Source: Squalus acanthias
Lineage: Eukaryota
Reading direction: 5' to 3'
Length of the DNA: 64,000 bases
NCBI GenBank assembly: GCA_030390025.1
Contig: CM059440.1
Span: 22,878,001 to 22,942,000 of the forward strand
Position numbers and translations under genes: made by a program. The first letter of the stretch is position 1, and each line of letters starts with the position of its first letter. The notes under the pieces were generated by a model, which ran no database searches, was not told the DNA's origin, and saw only the letters and a list, made by a program, of their open reading frames with translations. Below, one piece after another: positions 51,146 to 64,000 of the stretch.

Positions 51146-51248
51146 CGTGTATTGCATTTGAATCTTCCATTTGGTGTAATCATATAAATACTAGGGGGTT
51201 TGAAGGGAAATTCTCTGGGGAAGACCAACTTCCCATGATAAAGACCAC
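51146..51248 (-). CDS. UBE2J2: UBE2J2 coding exon (103 nt); most 5' exon found in the window
   Basis: TAG/GTGAG. (G)[33 protein letters not shown](R); phases 1 and 2. Not in the ORF track. Confidence 0.96.
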
Positions 51249-54200
51249 CTAGATTTGAACAGAAAACAAGAGCACTATTAGAATATGTGTATATTTCACT
51301 TTTATATGTTCAGCAGTCAAAACTTTAAATATACCATTCTTTATCGCACAAAGGTCCCGACTTACAGCGAGGCAAAGATTTTATTTAAAAAAGGGGTAAT
51401 TCAAAGTTGTAAAATACCTCCACAACGGTCCTACCTGCTCTTTCGCTGGTAGACCCTCCACCTTCCCAACCTGCAACTCGCTCCTCAGGGCAGCCACCCT
51501 CCCCTCCCCCTCACTCTCACTCTCCAAGGTTTCACGTTTTGTGACAGGCTTCTGGCCCTTATCTGCCACTTGCTTCCTGTTCCGTTTCCACCCCGGACTC
51601 CCACTCGCTGCCTAACCTCTGCTTCTTAACTTGGGGAGATGCAATGGTCTTTAAAAACAAATAACTACCCCCCCATTTCTACAAATTTCAGAAATTTTAC
51701 CGCCTTATATTTTAATAGTCTCTACGCTCTTCTTGCTGCTGAGAAGCCAATCGGCTTGCAGTACCTCATCTCTATCCAGCAGGGTGGCAGCATAACTTTG
51801 CCATTAAACTTTTAAGCTGAAGTTAAGATTTTGATCTCATCAAACTCCTTTTTAAACAGTGAATCCATTCACTAATTGAAATTAAAATGCATTGTTACCG
51901 TGAGAATGTTCTTCGTCCATACCTTAAATGTTCAGTAAAATTTTGTTGATGGAAAATTGCACATCTCACAACTTGTACATTGCATTCGATACTCGGAGGA
52001 TAAATAATGAAATGACAATACTTAAAACTTTGTCATTAAGAAACGTAAATTTAAATCTTGCCCAACTGTGGCATGTCAAAACTGCTCATCAGTCAGTAAG
52101 GTATATATTTAGCAAGTTGTGCAGCAACCAGTTTATTATGGAATGATAAGCATGACTAAAGAATGTGATAAATTAAAGAGAGTGACATTAATACACCAGC
52201 CATCAATTATCAAATCAGAATATACAGGAATGCCAATACATACCCTCATACGGTGTTTTCTCAGGGCCTCGTACCACGTAATGCCTAGCAAGAGATGGCA
52301 AATGTTAAGGAAACCACAATTTTCCATGCTCTGCTTCCTAAATAAGGCTGTTCTGTGCTTAAATTTAGCACGCACATGGTCTTTTGCAATTTAATAATAC
52401 AATAGTTTTGCTGTATTCTGGTACAATCCCATAGTGTTTCGGAAGCCTTTATAACTTGTAAATGTTGTCGTTTTTAAACCTTTGACTCGCATTTCTATAC
52501 CTGAACATAAAATTAGAAGCAAGGGATTGACAGTGATGGTGGGGAATTAAATCACATCAGAGTAAAACTGCTCGTTACAGAGCATTGTTACAGCAATTTT
52601 ACCCCAGTGCATGAGGGGGTACAGCAAGCGATTTATCATCATTTAGACCCTAAGAAACTTCCATTTTTACTGTCCTGGTATTTTTATGGAAAATAAAAAA
52701 GGACTTGGCTGTCAGTTATTTTACACAAAAATCACGGGTCACAAATTACTGATGGTTGTGACTTTTTCCAACACTTTTTTCTCTTGTAAGTAGCTTGAAA
52801 ACAGTTTCCAGAAACAGATAGTGCCTTTTACAAACTGAAAGGTGCAGCTTTTACTTTCTGCCGCAGTGAGGTGGTGCAGCCTAGGTCAGTTTTGTCCAAT
52901 ATGTTAGCGACTAGTCACAGGAGGCCAATTGGGAATCCAGATATGGCTAATTTTGATCAGTAAACAAAAGATGAGTAATAGGAACTCCTTCATTGGGCAT
53001 GTGATCTCAATACTCATATTTGCACAGTGTGTGCATGTGCACTTTAAACTTGTTTTTTTAAGTAAATATACACTCGAAGTACATTCACCTGTACTGTAAG
53101 GAGTTTCAACTAAAATTAGTCCACGTGGCTAAAACAGTGTCGATGTAGCCACGCCTGTGCTAGTCAGCAGTTTCGATTGGACAGCACTGGCCTAGGTAAA
53201 GCAATTGACCTCAAGCTAAACAAATTGCTTGTGGTGCTGCAGGATTCCCACTGTTTCTTCTGTCGATCCGCAAGGCAGAAAACATTCACAATACAAGACT
53301 GTTTTGTGCAGGCTAAACTACTGATACATGATTAAACTGGTTCTTTAGAAATAGAATAATGGGCAAAATACTGTACAGTACAATTGGAAATCTATATTGC
53401 ATACAACTGGGTGAATTGCTTGAAAGATTTGGTTGTTCTCCCAGCTGCTCTGGTAAAGTCTTGGAAAGACGGTCTCTGGTGTAAGTACATAAGCACTGTT
53501 TATGAAGCTCTATATATATATCTAAATGTACAATACAATGGTACATGGCCATAACAAATGACCACCGCCCTAATACTTTTACACTGGCTCCCTTTTAATG
53601 CAGAAGCAGTCTCGAAGATGGCAAAGCAAACAGAACGCTAACATCCTTTGCACCTTGGTATACAATGGGATGATGGCAAGGGAGTTCTGTCTCATCACGG
53701 GAACTTACCTGAATTTCCATTAGCTCATCATAACACACATCAACCTATCCCTCACACTGGCATGAATTCACAAAATATGCTTGTGGAAAATCCCACAGAA
53801 TCCCAATGAGCAGCAAGCACGTTATCTAATAACAAATATGGTGATGCCAGTTGACATTCTAGTTCACAACAATCAGAAGTATGCAATCTACCCCTCACAC
53901 GACAGGCAAAAGAGCTGCAGGAGGCTGGTTAGCTGTCACTTCGATAAATTAGGGCAAATTTTGCAATCAGCAGCACAAAAAATGGGCATCCATGAGGCAT
54001 TGTGGGTCATCAACAGCAGCAGAACTATATACAACCACAACCTGTAACCTCATGACTCACCGCATCCCGTACTCCTCCATCACCATCAAGCCCAGGGACA
54101 AACCTGGTTAAATGAAGAGCGTTTAGAAGGGCAGGCCAGGAGCAGCACCAGGCATAACAAAAACATTTTTTTTTAAATCTAGGGGAACAGCTTTATTTTG

Positions 54201-54805
54201 AATCTCATATTTAAATGAGAAAGAAAAGGGACAGGTAAAAGGCTTTTGAAAAAGCATTTTGTGCAATTTGATCAGTTCAGGTTCTATTTTTGTTTGACTG
54301 ATAGAATTTCAGTACTTCTCAGTTACAGATCTGATCTGTTGCAGCTGAAAGAATGTAGAATTTTTTTTAAGCAATTAGATTGGTTCAGTTTATTTTTCCT
54401 TCGTGGTTTATTTTGCTCAGTGCGCATAGCCACAGGGCCGACTTTTCACTACTTCGTATAAAATTGGAGCAAAGCAAGTGAAAGTGTGTCACAGAAATCC
54501 ACATATAGACAGTGTGTCGGCGTCAGCATGACAGAAACTGCATGCTGGCTGTACCATTTTCACATGAAAAATGTAAGTATCAAAAGGGAATAATTGAAAA
54601 TTAAGTGCAAACTTAAAGAAACCACGAAAGGAGTTAAATTAGCTACGGGTCAAGTTGAAAAAACCCCCCAAAAGGCTCATTAGATTGAACACTCAGTATG
54701 TCCAACCAATGCAGAGTGGCAATCAACAAAGCCAATAGGTTGCTGAACGATCAAACCAAAACAGTAGAATAGAAGTCACAGGAAGTCAGCAGCAAATTGT
54801 ATAGT

Positions 54806-54904
54806 TCTGACGCAAGGTCATCGACCTGAAACGTCGACTCTGTTTCTCTCGCCACAGATGCTGCCTGACCTCCTGAGTATTTCCAGCATTTTCTGTTTTT
54901 ATGA
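54806..54904 (+). mobile_element. Short Penelope-terminal-repeat insertion with 8-bp TSD inside a CR1 relic (about 54690-55350)
   Basis: TGTATAGT at 54798-54805 and 54905-54912. Confidence 0.88.
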
Positions 54905-56501
54905 TGTATAGTGCTTTAGACAGACCACACCTCGCGTGCTGTGCCCAAGACACAAGGGAGACATTCAAGCATTGGAGGCAATTAAGAGGAGAGCCACATG
55001 GCTGTTCCCTGGTGTTAGAGGTTTGGGTTATGAGAAAAGACTGGAGAAACTTAGGCTTTCCAGCTTTGAAAGGAGGCTACCTTAGAGACATACAAGATAG
55101 TAAATGTTATGGAACGCTAAATCTGAAAAAATATTTTAAATTAAATTGTGACAGTTGGACATGGGGGCCGCATGTTCAATTTAGTATTAGAAGGTCTTCC
55201 CGAGTGATCAATACATGGAATGGACTCCCTGATAGAATAGTGGAGGCGAAAATTCATGAACCAATTAGATGCTGCGATGGGCGGTGACTTCAGGGTCATT
55301 CAGCACGTGAACTAAGATTGGCTGAATAAGCTTCCTCATCTGTAACCACTTTGCGATTGAGATTTTTTTTTAAATTCATTCATGGGATGTGGGCGTCGCT
55401 GGCAACGTCAGTATTTATTGCCCATCCCCATCTACACATACAACCAGTTAAGCAAATTTAACGCTATATATACACACTTACCATTCAAGAATATTAGATG
55501 GGAGAGGTTCGGCGCAGATATAAGGCACTGGGTCTTTCTTTATTCGAAGATAGTCCTGTTTCAGTCTCTGTGTTGCCGTTGTTGGAGCTCGCTTGTTACT
55601 GTTGTTGCTCATCTAAGATGAAGAAGTAAAAACAAATTCTCTCATTAGGCAGTTTACAGGTGTAGGGCAGAGCTCTTGTCAAATCCAACTGGCCATTCTT
55701 AGACTAAATGGGCATATATTAAAAAAAAGACGGAAAGCAGAACTAAAAATTAAAATCAAATCAATTGTGAACTAGCCAGAAATACTGTAACAAAGTTCAA
55801 AATAAAGTGAGACATGCAGTTGCAAAACTGATGAAAAATCATTCAGCCATTTCTCGCCAGTTTAGCACAAAAACCATGGCCTATTCACATTTGAACAAGG
55901 GATAAGCAGAACTCATATCCGATATTCTTGGGTATGAATGCGCTATGTCAGCAATGATAAAATTCAGTCAACTAAAACTCATTTTGAACATCCCCGATAT
56001 ATTTGTTTCTACTAAACTGACTGGGAAGTTATTCCAAAGACTTATCACTCTTCCTGAAGCACCCCAGCTCGGTTTGTACCGGGCAGGAATTTCTACAGCC
56101 GATCGATTCCACTTTAAACTCTTCACGTGCAGTTACTTTAAAGTGGTTGTTTTTTTTGACTATTTAGCAGCCAATTCTCTACAGCGATTGCAAAACAACT
56201 TTAGCCGTTCACCCTGCCAGTACCCTTGCAGCAAGATACATGATGTTGCTATCGGCCGCACCAGCTCCAAGCTCTGCTTGCCAGTCGGCGTTACCTCCAG
56301 CTGCAGCAGCACAGGGATCAGTTACACCAACGACTGCAGTGGTGACAAAAATCGACTTTTTTTAAAAATCTGTGTTGAATTTTTTAAACTTATATTTTTG
56401 TATCGCTAGATTCAGCACATAAGGGATTAAAACAGGATTGCACAGACTATTTCTCTAAAGGAATATACACAAAGGTCAGTTCCAGACAAGGTGACTGTGG
56501 T

Positions 56502-56746
56502 AACAAAAACAGAAAATGCTGGCAACACTCAGCAGGTCAGGCAGCATCTGTGGAGAGAGAAACAGAGTCAACGTTTCAGGTCGATGATCCTTCGTCAGAA
56601 CCCTTCCCCAGTTCTGACGAAGGGTTGTCGACCTGAAACATTTACTCGGTTTCGCTCTCCACAGATGCTGCCTGACCTGCTGAGTATTTCCAGCATTTTC
56701 TGTTTTTGTTTCGGATTTCCAGCATCCGCAGTATTTTGCTTTTGTA
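56502..56746. mobile_element. Palindromic Penelope-derived element with 14-bp TSD
   Basis: 100-bp inverted arms at 56502-56601 and 56611-56710. AAGGTGACTGTGGT at 56488-56501 and 56747-56760. Confidence 0.92.
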
Positions 56747-57544
56747 AAGGTGACTGTGGTGGTCTTCAGAAGAACTGATAAGACAGAGGACAATAGTAAG
56801 TTCCATGTTACTGTTCAAATTGGATGTGAAGCACTTTTGAGATGTCTTGAGGACATGATAAAAGTGCTATATAAATAGAGTTACATAAATGCACAGTCCT
56901 TCCTTCTAGTATGTGCAGCACAAGTAATCTGGCGATTACTATCCTTGAGGTCCTGCTCTTTAAGCTAACTCCCAACTCTTTAAACTCCCTTTTGCAGGAC
57001 CTCAATTTTGTTCCTTCCACGTTCTTGATTCCAATGTGAACCACAACTTCTCGCTGTTTCCCCTTCCCTCTCCAAATTCTTTTGTACCAGCGCAGTTGTA
57101 TCCTTGCCCCGGCAGCTGTGAGGCAACACACAATCAAGACTTTTGGTTGTGACTATGAAAGCACCCATTTATTGCTTGGACCATGGAACAACCCAATTAC
57201 GACTGCATCTCGCACTTCACACTCTCCCCTTTAAACACTACGTGCTCTACAGTGCCATAGCATTGCTCATAGTAGGCCGCCTCCACTTGTTGCCATCGTC
57301 ACAGGTATTCAATACTGAGTATCTTTTTATCCCTGCAATGCTTCCCCTTCCTGTCCCGATGGATGGTTATCCACTTCCCTTCCTCACATTGCCTGCAGAG
57401 TGACCAATTAGGAATGTGCACTTGGAGAACCCTTCAGCCCCCCCCAAATGTGACACGTGCCCCCAGCTGCTCCTTAAACTCAGAAACTTTAAGTTCAAGT
57501 GCACGCAGTTGGAGACACTTTCTGCATGTGTGATCATTTCCTTA

Positions 57545-58175
57545 TACGGGATCCTTGGCTTAATTAATAAAGGCAGAGAGTACTAGAGCAAGGAAGTTAT
57601 GCTAAACTTTTATAAAGCACTGGTTCGGCCTCAGCTGGAGTATTGTGTCCAATTCTGGGCACCGCACTATAGGAAGGATGTCAAGGCCTTAGAGAGGGTG
57701 CAGAAAAGATTTACTAGAATGGTACATGGGATGAGGGACTTCAGTTATGTGGAGAGAGTGGAGAAGCTGGGGTTGTTCTCCTTAGAGCAGAGAAGGTTAA
57801 GAGGAGATTTGAGAGAGGTGTTCAAAATCAAGAGGGGTCTAGACAGAGTAAATAATGAGAAACTGTTTCTAGTGGCAGAAGGGTTGAGAACCAGAGGACA
57901 CAGATTTAAGGTGATTGGCAAAACAACCAGAGGTGACATAAGGAAACATTTTTTTTTTAAAAACAGCGAGTTATGATGATCTGGAATGCACTGCCTGAAA
58001 GGGTGGTGGAAGCAGATTCAATAACTTTCAAAATGGAATTGGATAAATACATGAAGGGAAAACAAATTGCAGGGCTATGGGGAAAGAGCAGGGGAGTGGG
58101 ACTAATTGGATAGTTCTACCAAACAGCCGGCACGATGGGCGGAATGGCCTCCTTCTGTGCTGCATCATTCTATGA
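57545..58175 (+). mobile_element. CR1 LINE 3' fragment
   Basis: [37 protein letters not shown]...RLRGDL. Confidence 0.92.
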
Positions 58176-60800
58176 AATCTCCACACTTAGCCTTCTCTAC
58201 TCAAATGTGAGTAGTCCCAATATCTGAAGCCTCCCCTAATAACTATAGTTTTTCCAACCATGGCATTATCCTGGTGAATCTACACTGTTTGCTCTCTCTG
58301 GCTTTAATGTCCTTTCTAGAACAACAGGCCCAAGACTGCACACAAGACTAATTGTGGCCAAACCATTGTCTCGCACAACTTTATTACTTCTTCAACCTTG
58401 TACTACCTCACATTCATCTGTAATGAAATTATATCTGTCACAAGTCTGTGCATTCCGCTAACCTACCTACGTCCTCCTGAAATCTTTTAGAATCCTCCTC
58501 ACTGTAAACCTGCTATTTCGGGTCACCACCAAATTTCAATATTTTCCCAATGCGCAAATCCAAATCATCTATTTATTCAGGGAACAAAATGGCAGCCAGC
58601 ACTGCCCCGAGGTACACCACTTCCAACCTGTCTCCAATCGAAGCAACACCCATCATCACTAACCCTTTGTTTCTTGTCCGTCATCTTCTCTTATCCAATA
58701 CTCCTGAAGCCTGAGACACCTCATCAATTGCCTTCTGAAAATCCACGGACGCTGCATCTACTACATTCCTTTTATCAATCCAATCGAACATGTCTTCTGA
58801 AAATTATTAAATTTGTCAAACACGACTTGCTTTAACAAATCCATGCTGGCTGCTCTTAATTAAACCATACATTTCTAAATGCTCACTAATTTTATCTTGA
58901 ATGATGGATTCTAAGAGTTTGCCCACAACTGACATTAGACTAACTAGTCTATAGTTAGCTGGTTTAACCTCCTCTCCCTTCTTGAACAGAGGTGTTATAT
59001 TGGCTACCCTTCAGTCCACCACATGATTTGCATATATAAAGAAGATTGAAAGACTGTGAACAGAACCTATGCTATCGCTTCTTCGACTTCCTTCAACAGC
59101 CTTGTGTGCAGGCCATCAGGGCCCAGAGACTTGTCCACCTCGAGGTCTGCTAACTTCTTCAGAAGCAATTCCTTTTCTGCAGCTATCTCTTAAGATTTGT
59201 TCCACATCCTCCTCTGGTACATCTACATTCTCATCATCACTTTGTAAAAACTGGCACCAAATATTTAACAGCTCTGCCATCCTTCAAAATTGGATTTCTC
59301 TCTTCATCCTTGAGCGCTCCTACCCTTTCTCGAACTATTCTTTTACTTTTTGAATATGCTTATAACAGGCCTCGTTATTTTGCTCTGTTACCCATTAGCC
59401 TTTTTCATATTCCTTCTTAGCCCTCCTAAATCGCTCCTTTCTCCTCCCTTTTCTATATTGCCCATGATTTGGTTTAATAGTTAGCCCTAATTTTATGTAT
59501 TTACCGTTTAAGTTTGTTTATTTTTAATTTATTTCCCCACTGAACTCTATTCTTTGATAACATAAGAATTAGGAGCAGGAGTCGGCCATACGGCCCCTCG
59601 AGCCTGCTCCACCATTCAATAAGATCATGGCTGATCTTTGACCTCAACTCCACTTTCCCGCCCGATCCCCATATCCCTCGATTCCCCTAGAGTCCAAAAA
59701 TCTATCTATCTCAGCCTTGAATATACTCCACGACTCAGCATCCACAGCCCTTTGGGGTAGAGAATTCCAAAGATTCACAACCGTCAGTGAAGAAATTCCT
59801 CCTCATCTCAGTTTTAAATGGCCGACCCCTTACACTGAGACTATGCCTCCTAGTTCTAGACACTCCAGCCAGGGGAAACAACCTCTCACCATCTACCCTG
59901 TCAATTCCCCTCAGAATTTTGTATGTTTCAATGAGATCCCCTCTCATTCTTCTAAACTCCAGAGAGTATAGGCCCATTCTACATGATCTCTCATCATAGG
60001 ACAACCCTCACATCCCAGGAATCAATCTAGTGAACCTTCGTTGCACCGCCTCCAAGGCCTGCATGTCCTTTCTCACATAAGGAGATCAAAACTGTGCACA
60101 GTACTCCAGGTGTGGTTTCACCAAAGCCCTGTACAATTGTAGTAAGACTTCCTTACTCTTGTACTCCAACCCCCTTGCAATAAAGGCCAACATGCCATTT
60201 GCCTTCCTAATTGCTTGCTGTACCTGCATGCTAACTCTGTTTCCTGTACGAGGACACTTAAATCTCTTGGAACACCAACATTTAATAGTTTTTCACCATT
60301 TAAAATATATTGTTTGTCTATTCTTCCTACCAAAGTGAATAACCTCACATTTCCCCACATTATACTCCATCTGCCACCTTATTGCCCACTCACTTAACCT
60401 GTCTATATCCCTTTGCAGGCTCTGTGTCCTCCTGATGGGTTTTGTCTTAAATCTATCTGTCTCGTATTTGAAGATTGCCCACTGCTGATCAGGCATCCTG
60501 TTTGCTAACTTTTCTGTTGACTTAATTTGAGCCAGATCCGATTTTTCCACACCAAATTTTGCCTTTTTCAACCCAGCACCCTTATCTTTGGCTTCATTGT
60601 CCTTTTTCTGTATTTACACTGCACCTAACAATGTTGTGATTCATTCCCAATTGGTCATCTACTCTCACACAAGTTATTTAGCTGACTTCATTTCCTAAAA
60701 CTAAATCAAGTAATGCTTTTTTCCTTGCTGGACTAGAAACATACTGATTTAGGATGCATTCTAAAAATTATTCTCCACTTTGATCACATGCATTACATTT
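58176..60800 (-). mobile_element. Old minus-strand CR1 relic containing a younger CR1 3' fragment (59558-60425)
   Basis: Young copy: [44 protein letters not shown] and a tail at 59558. Flanks are degraded CR1 ORF2. Confidence 0.8.
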
Positions 60801-60954
60801 ATGCCAGTCTATCTGGGACAGTTAAAACCAGTCAACAGCATTAGCAGAGATGCAGCTTAAGCTAAGGCAGGACTACGAGCTAAACATTCCTGGTTAGAAA
60901 ATATTCAGGCGGGTTACAGTAGGAAAAATAGAAGGGACAGCAATATTATTAAGG

Positions 60955-61531
60955 CAAAAATAAGGTACTGCGGATGCTGGAAATCAAATAAACACAGAAA
61001 ATGCTGGAAATACTCAGCAGGTCAGGCAGCATCTGTGGAGAGAGAAACAGAGTTAACATTTCAGGTCAGCGACCTTTCGTCAGAACTGGAAAAAGTTAAG
61101 AGATGCCACAGGTTTTAAGCAAGTGCAGGGGCAGGGAAAGGGGGGAGGGGGGAGGACAGAACAAAAAGGGAAGGTCTGTGATAGGATGGAAGACAGGAGA
61201 GATTAAATGACAAAAGGGATGATGGCGCAAGGCAAAAGGAGATGGTAATGCGACAAGTAAAGAATCAAAAGATGGGTCCAGAGGAGGTGTAAATGGGAAC
61301 ATCAGAATCATCAGCAACAGTTGCCGTCTGAAAAAACAGGGAGAGGTTATGGCCTGAAATTGTCGAAATCAATGTTGCGTCCAGAAGGCTGTAAAGTGCC
61401 TAATCAAAAGATGAGATGCTGTTCCTTGAGCTTGCGTTGTGCTTCATTGGAACAGTGTAGCAGGCCGCGAACAGAGAGGTCAGAGTGGGAGCGGTCTGGA
61501 GAATTAAAGTGAGAGGCAACCGGAAGCTCTA
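60955..61531 (-). mobile_element. Penelope-like element 3' fragment with 7-bp TSD, inside a CR1 endonuclease relic
   Basis: Reverse complement is homologous to 3605-4088 (LLHCSNEAQRKLKEQHLIF..GTLQPSG). ATTAAGG at 60948-60954 and 61532-61538. Confidence 0.85.
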
Positions 61532-62329
61532 ATTAAGGATTCCATTACAGCACTAGAGCCCAACGATAATGGAAAACCTGAATCTATTTGATTAGTTAAG
61601 GGAACTCTTACACTATTGCAAGTTTACTATAGACCGCTGAAGGGTACAGCAGGAGATATTTAGACAAATTAGAGAAAGATGCAGAAATAACAAGGCCATA
61701 ATAATAAGTGACTTTAGTTATTCAAAGATAGACTGAGGTAATAGTAATGAAAGGGGGCAATGAAGGAGAGGCATTTCTACAATGTGTCCAGGACGGCTTT
61801 CGAGGTGAGTTGTTAGTCTAACAGTATTGGATCAAGCTCTAGGAAATGACATGAAGCCAGTCAGTAATGTAAGGGTCGAAGTCATCTGAAAACTGCAAAT
61901 AGAATTTAATAAAAGATAGAGAAAACATCAAAGATAATGGTACCTGACAGGAAAAATGAAGATTTCAACGAAATAAAAACCCCAGATAAATTGGAAAGTT
62001 AGCAACCAAGACTGCGCACGAAGAATAGGAAACTTTCAAAATGGAGACAATGAGACATATTCCCAGAAGTAAATGTGGCACAACAAAAACTGGAGTTCCT
62101 TGGAAGAGGAAAGAAATTAAAATGAGAATTAAACATGCATATTAGGTCAAATCTGGGGCTAACAATACGAAAGAAAATCCAGAGTATAGAAAATACAGGA
62201 GGAGGAAGCAAAAAAAATTAGAAAGGCAACAAAAAAATATGAAGACTGCTAGGGAACATTAAAGGAAATGGCAATTGATTTTGGAAGAACAGATAAAAAG
62301 TAAAATAAGTCAAAGAGGGATAGAACATG

Positions 62330-64000
62330 TCCAGGGAATTATAGACCAGTCAGCTTAACATCGGTGGTAGGAAAAATAATGGAATCCCTACTAAAAGGAG
62401 AAAATAGAAGAACATCTAGAAACCAAAAACATAATAATGAATAGTCAGCATGGATTTCAAAAGGGAAAGTCTTGCTTGACCAACCTTGTTGAATTTTTTG
62501 AAGAGGTAACAGAAAGAATAGACAATGGTACTGCAGTAGATGTAACTTATCTAGATTTTCAAAAGGGCTTCGATAAGGTACCCCATAATAGACTGATGAA
62601 CAAAGTCAGAGAATGCGGAGTCAGGGGACAAGTAGCAGATTGGATAGCTAGCTAGCTTCAAGACAGAAAGCAGAGAGTAGGGGTAAAGGGTAGCTATTCA
62701 CAGTGGCAGAAGGTGGGTAGTGATGTTCCACAAGGATCAGTGCTGGGACCACTGCTGTTCAGAATTTACATTAACGATTTAGACTTAGTGTGTATTTGTA
62801 CTCCTAGATCCCTTTGTATCCCATCTAGACTCGCACCCTCCAAGTGATAAGTGATAAGATAGAGAGAGAATGTTTCCACTTGTGGGGAAGAGCATAACTA
62901 GAGGCCATCAATATAAGATAGTCACCAAGAAATCCAATAGGGAATTCAGAAGAAACTTCTTTACCCAGAGAGTGGTGAGAATGTGGAACTCGCTACCACA
63001 GGGAGTGGTTGAGGCAAATAGTATAGATGCATTCAAGGGGCGGTGAGATAAGCATATGAGGGCGAAGGGAATAGAAGGTTATGCTGATAGATTTAGATGA
63101 GGAAAGAGGGGAGGAGGCTCGAGTGGAGCATAAACACCGGCATGGACTGGTTGGGCCGAATGGCCTGTTTCTGTGCCGTATATCCGATGTAATCCTACGT
63201 AAAAACATCTTATTGAGCATGTAGCATTGGTGGAGATACAAAATAAGTACTTTATCTTGGTTTGCTCATAGTGTGATAGTGAGAATGAAAGGGTCCAAGA
63301 GGAGATGCTGGAACAATCAGAGGGGATAACTATAGATAAGGACGCAGTACTGAAAAAAAATTGGTGGAACTGAAAAAAGAGAGGAAACGGCACTCGTCCC
63401 GAGAGCATGCACCTTAGAATGCTGAGGGAACTCTGACCACAATCTCACAAACATCGTTCAATATGAAAGTAGTGCCACAGGACTACAGGCTTGCACATAT
63501 ATCAATTTTGTCAAAAAGGGATAAACCAGGTAACTATAGACCAGTCAGCTTAATATTTGTAGTGGGTAAGCTTCTAGAGGCCAAAATACAGCAAATAATT
63601 AATATTCATCTAGAAAGACATGGCTTAGTTAAGGACAGCAGTACGGATTTGTAGATGGCAAATCATGTCTGACATATTTTAGACGGCTCTTTTAAGAAAT
63701 AATAGTGTACCGAGAAAGGAAATGCAGAGTATGGTTAATGGATGTTTTTCAGGTAGCAGGGATGTAAACAGTGGTGCTCCTCCAAGATCAACGCTGGGGC
63801 CACTGCTCTCTTCTCTCAAATTATCTGAACTCAGTGTAGGGGTCACAATACCAATATTTGCAGACAATACAAAAACAGGGAGCATGGAGTAAGCAATTTC
63901 AAGAGGAAATAGATAAGTTAGATTGGGCAGATGAAATTTAATGCAGAGAATGTGAGGTAATGCAATTTGGCAAGATTATGGACTTGTACACTAAATGGTA
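62330..64000 (+). mobile_element. CR1 LINE fragments (RT N-part 62330-62790, 3' end to about 63200, older RT relic to the window end)
   Basis: [47 protein letters not shown] and WNSLPQGVVEA motifs. Confidence 0.88.

Noticed and set aside
51249-64000. UBE2J2 5' coding exons (TQRLKQDY...; HYVVRGPE...)
   Set aside because: Not found by eye. The donor-like site near 53707 has no matching peptide; the exons probably lie beyond the window.

Overview
Eukaryotic, intron-rich, repeat-dense vertebrate DNA, almost certainly from a cartilaginous fish (shark-type): it carries HE1-like V-SINEs, SacSINE1-like Deu-SINEs, abundant CR1 LINE fragments and Penelope-derived repeats. Two minus-strand spliced genes can be rebuilt by hand. 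The first is a complete LACTBL1 (serine beta-lactamase-like, membrane-anchored). It has 6 well-supported coding exons from 21321 to 7146 (566 aa), plus a probable 10-codon first exon at 27079-27108 that would give 589 aa. The second is the last four coding exons and 3' UTR of UBE2J2 (ER-anchored E2); its 5' exons were not found and probably lie beyond 64000. Almost all other ORFs in the track are transposon debris or noise. I see no CRISPR array, operon or prokaryote-type system. The most interesting unexplained structure is a family of short Penelope-derived insertions with target-site duplications and hammerhead-ribozyme-like cores, including a 245-bp palindromic element with two back-to-back cores and a 14-bp TSD. 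A decayed, unidentified reading frame in a UBE2J2 intron is also worth checking. Family names come from my recognition of motifs, not from database searches, and repeat boundaries are approximate.
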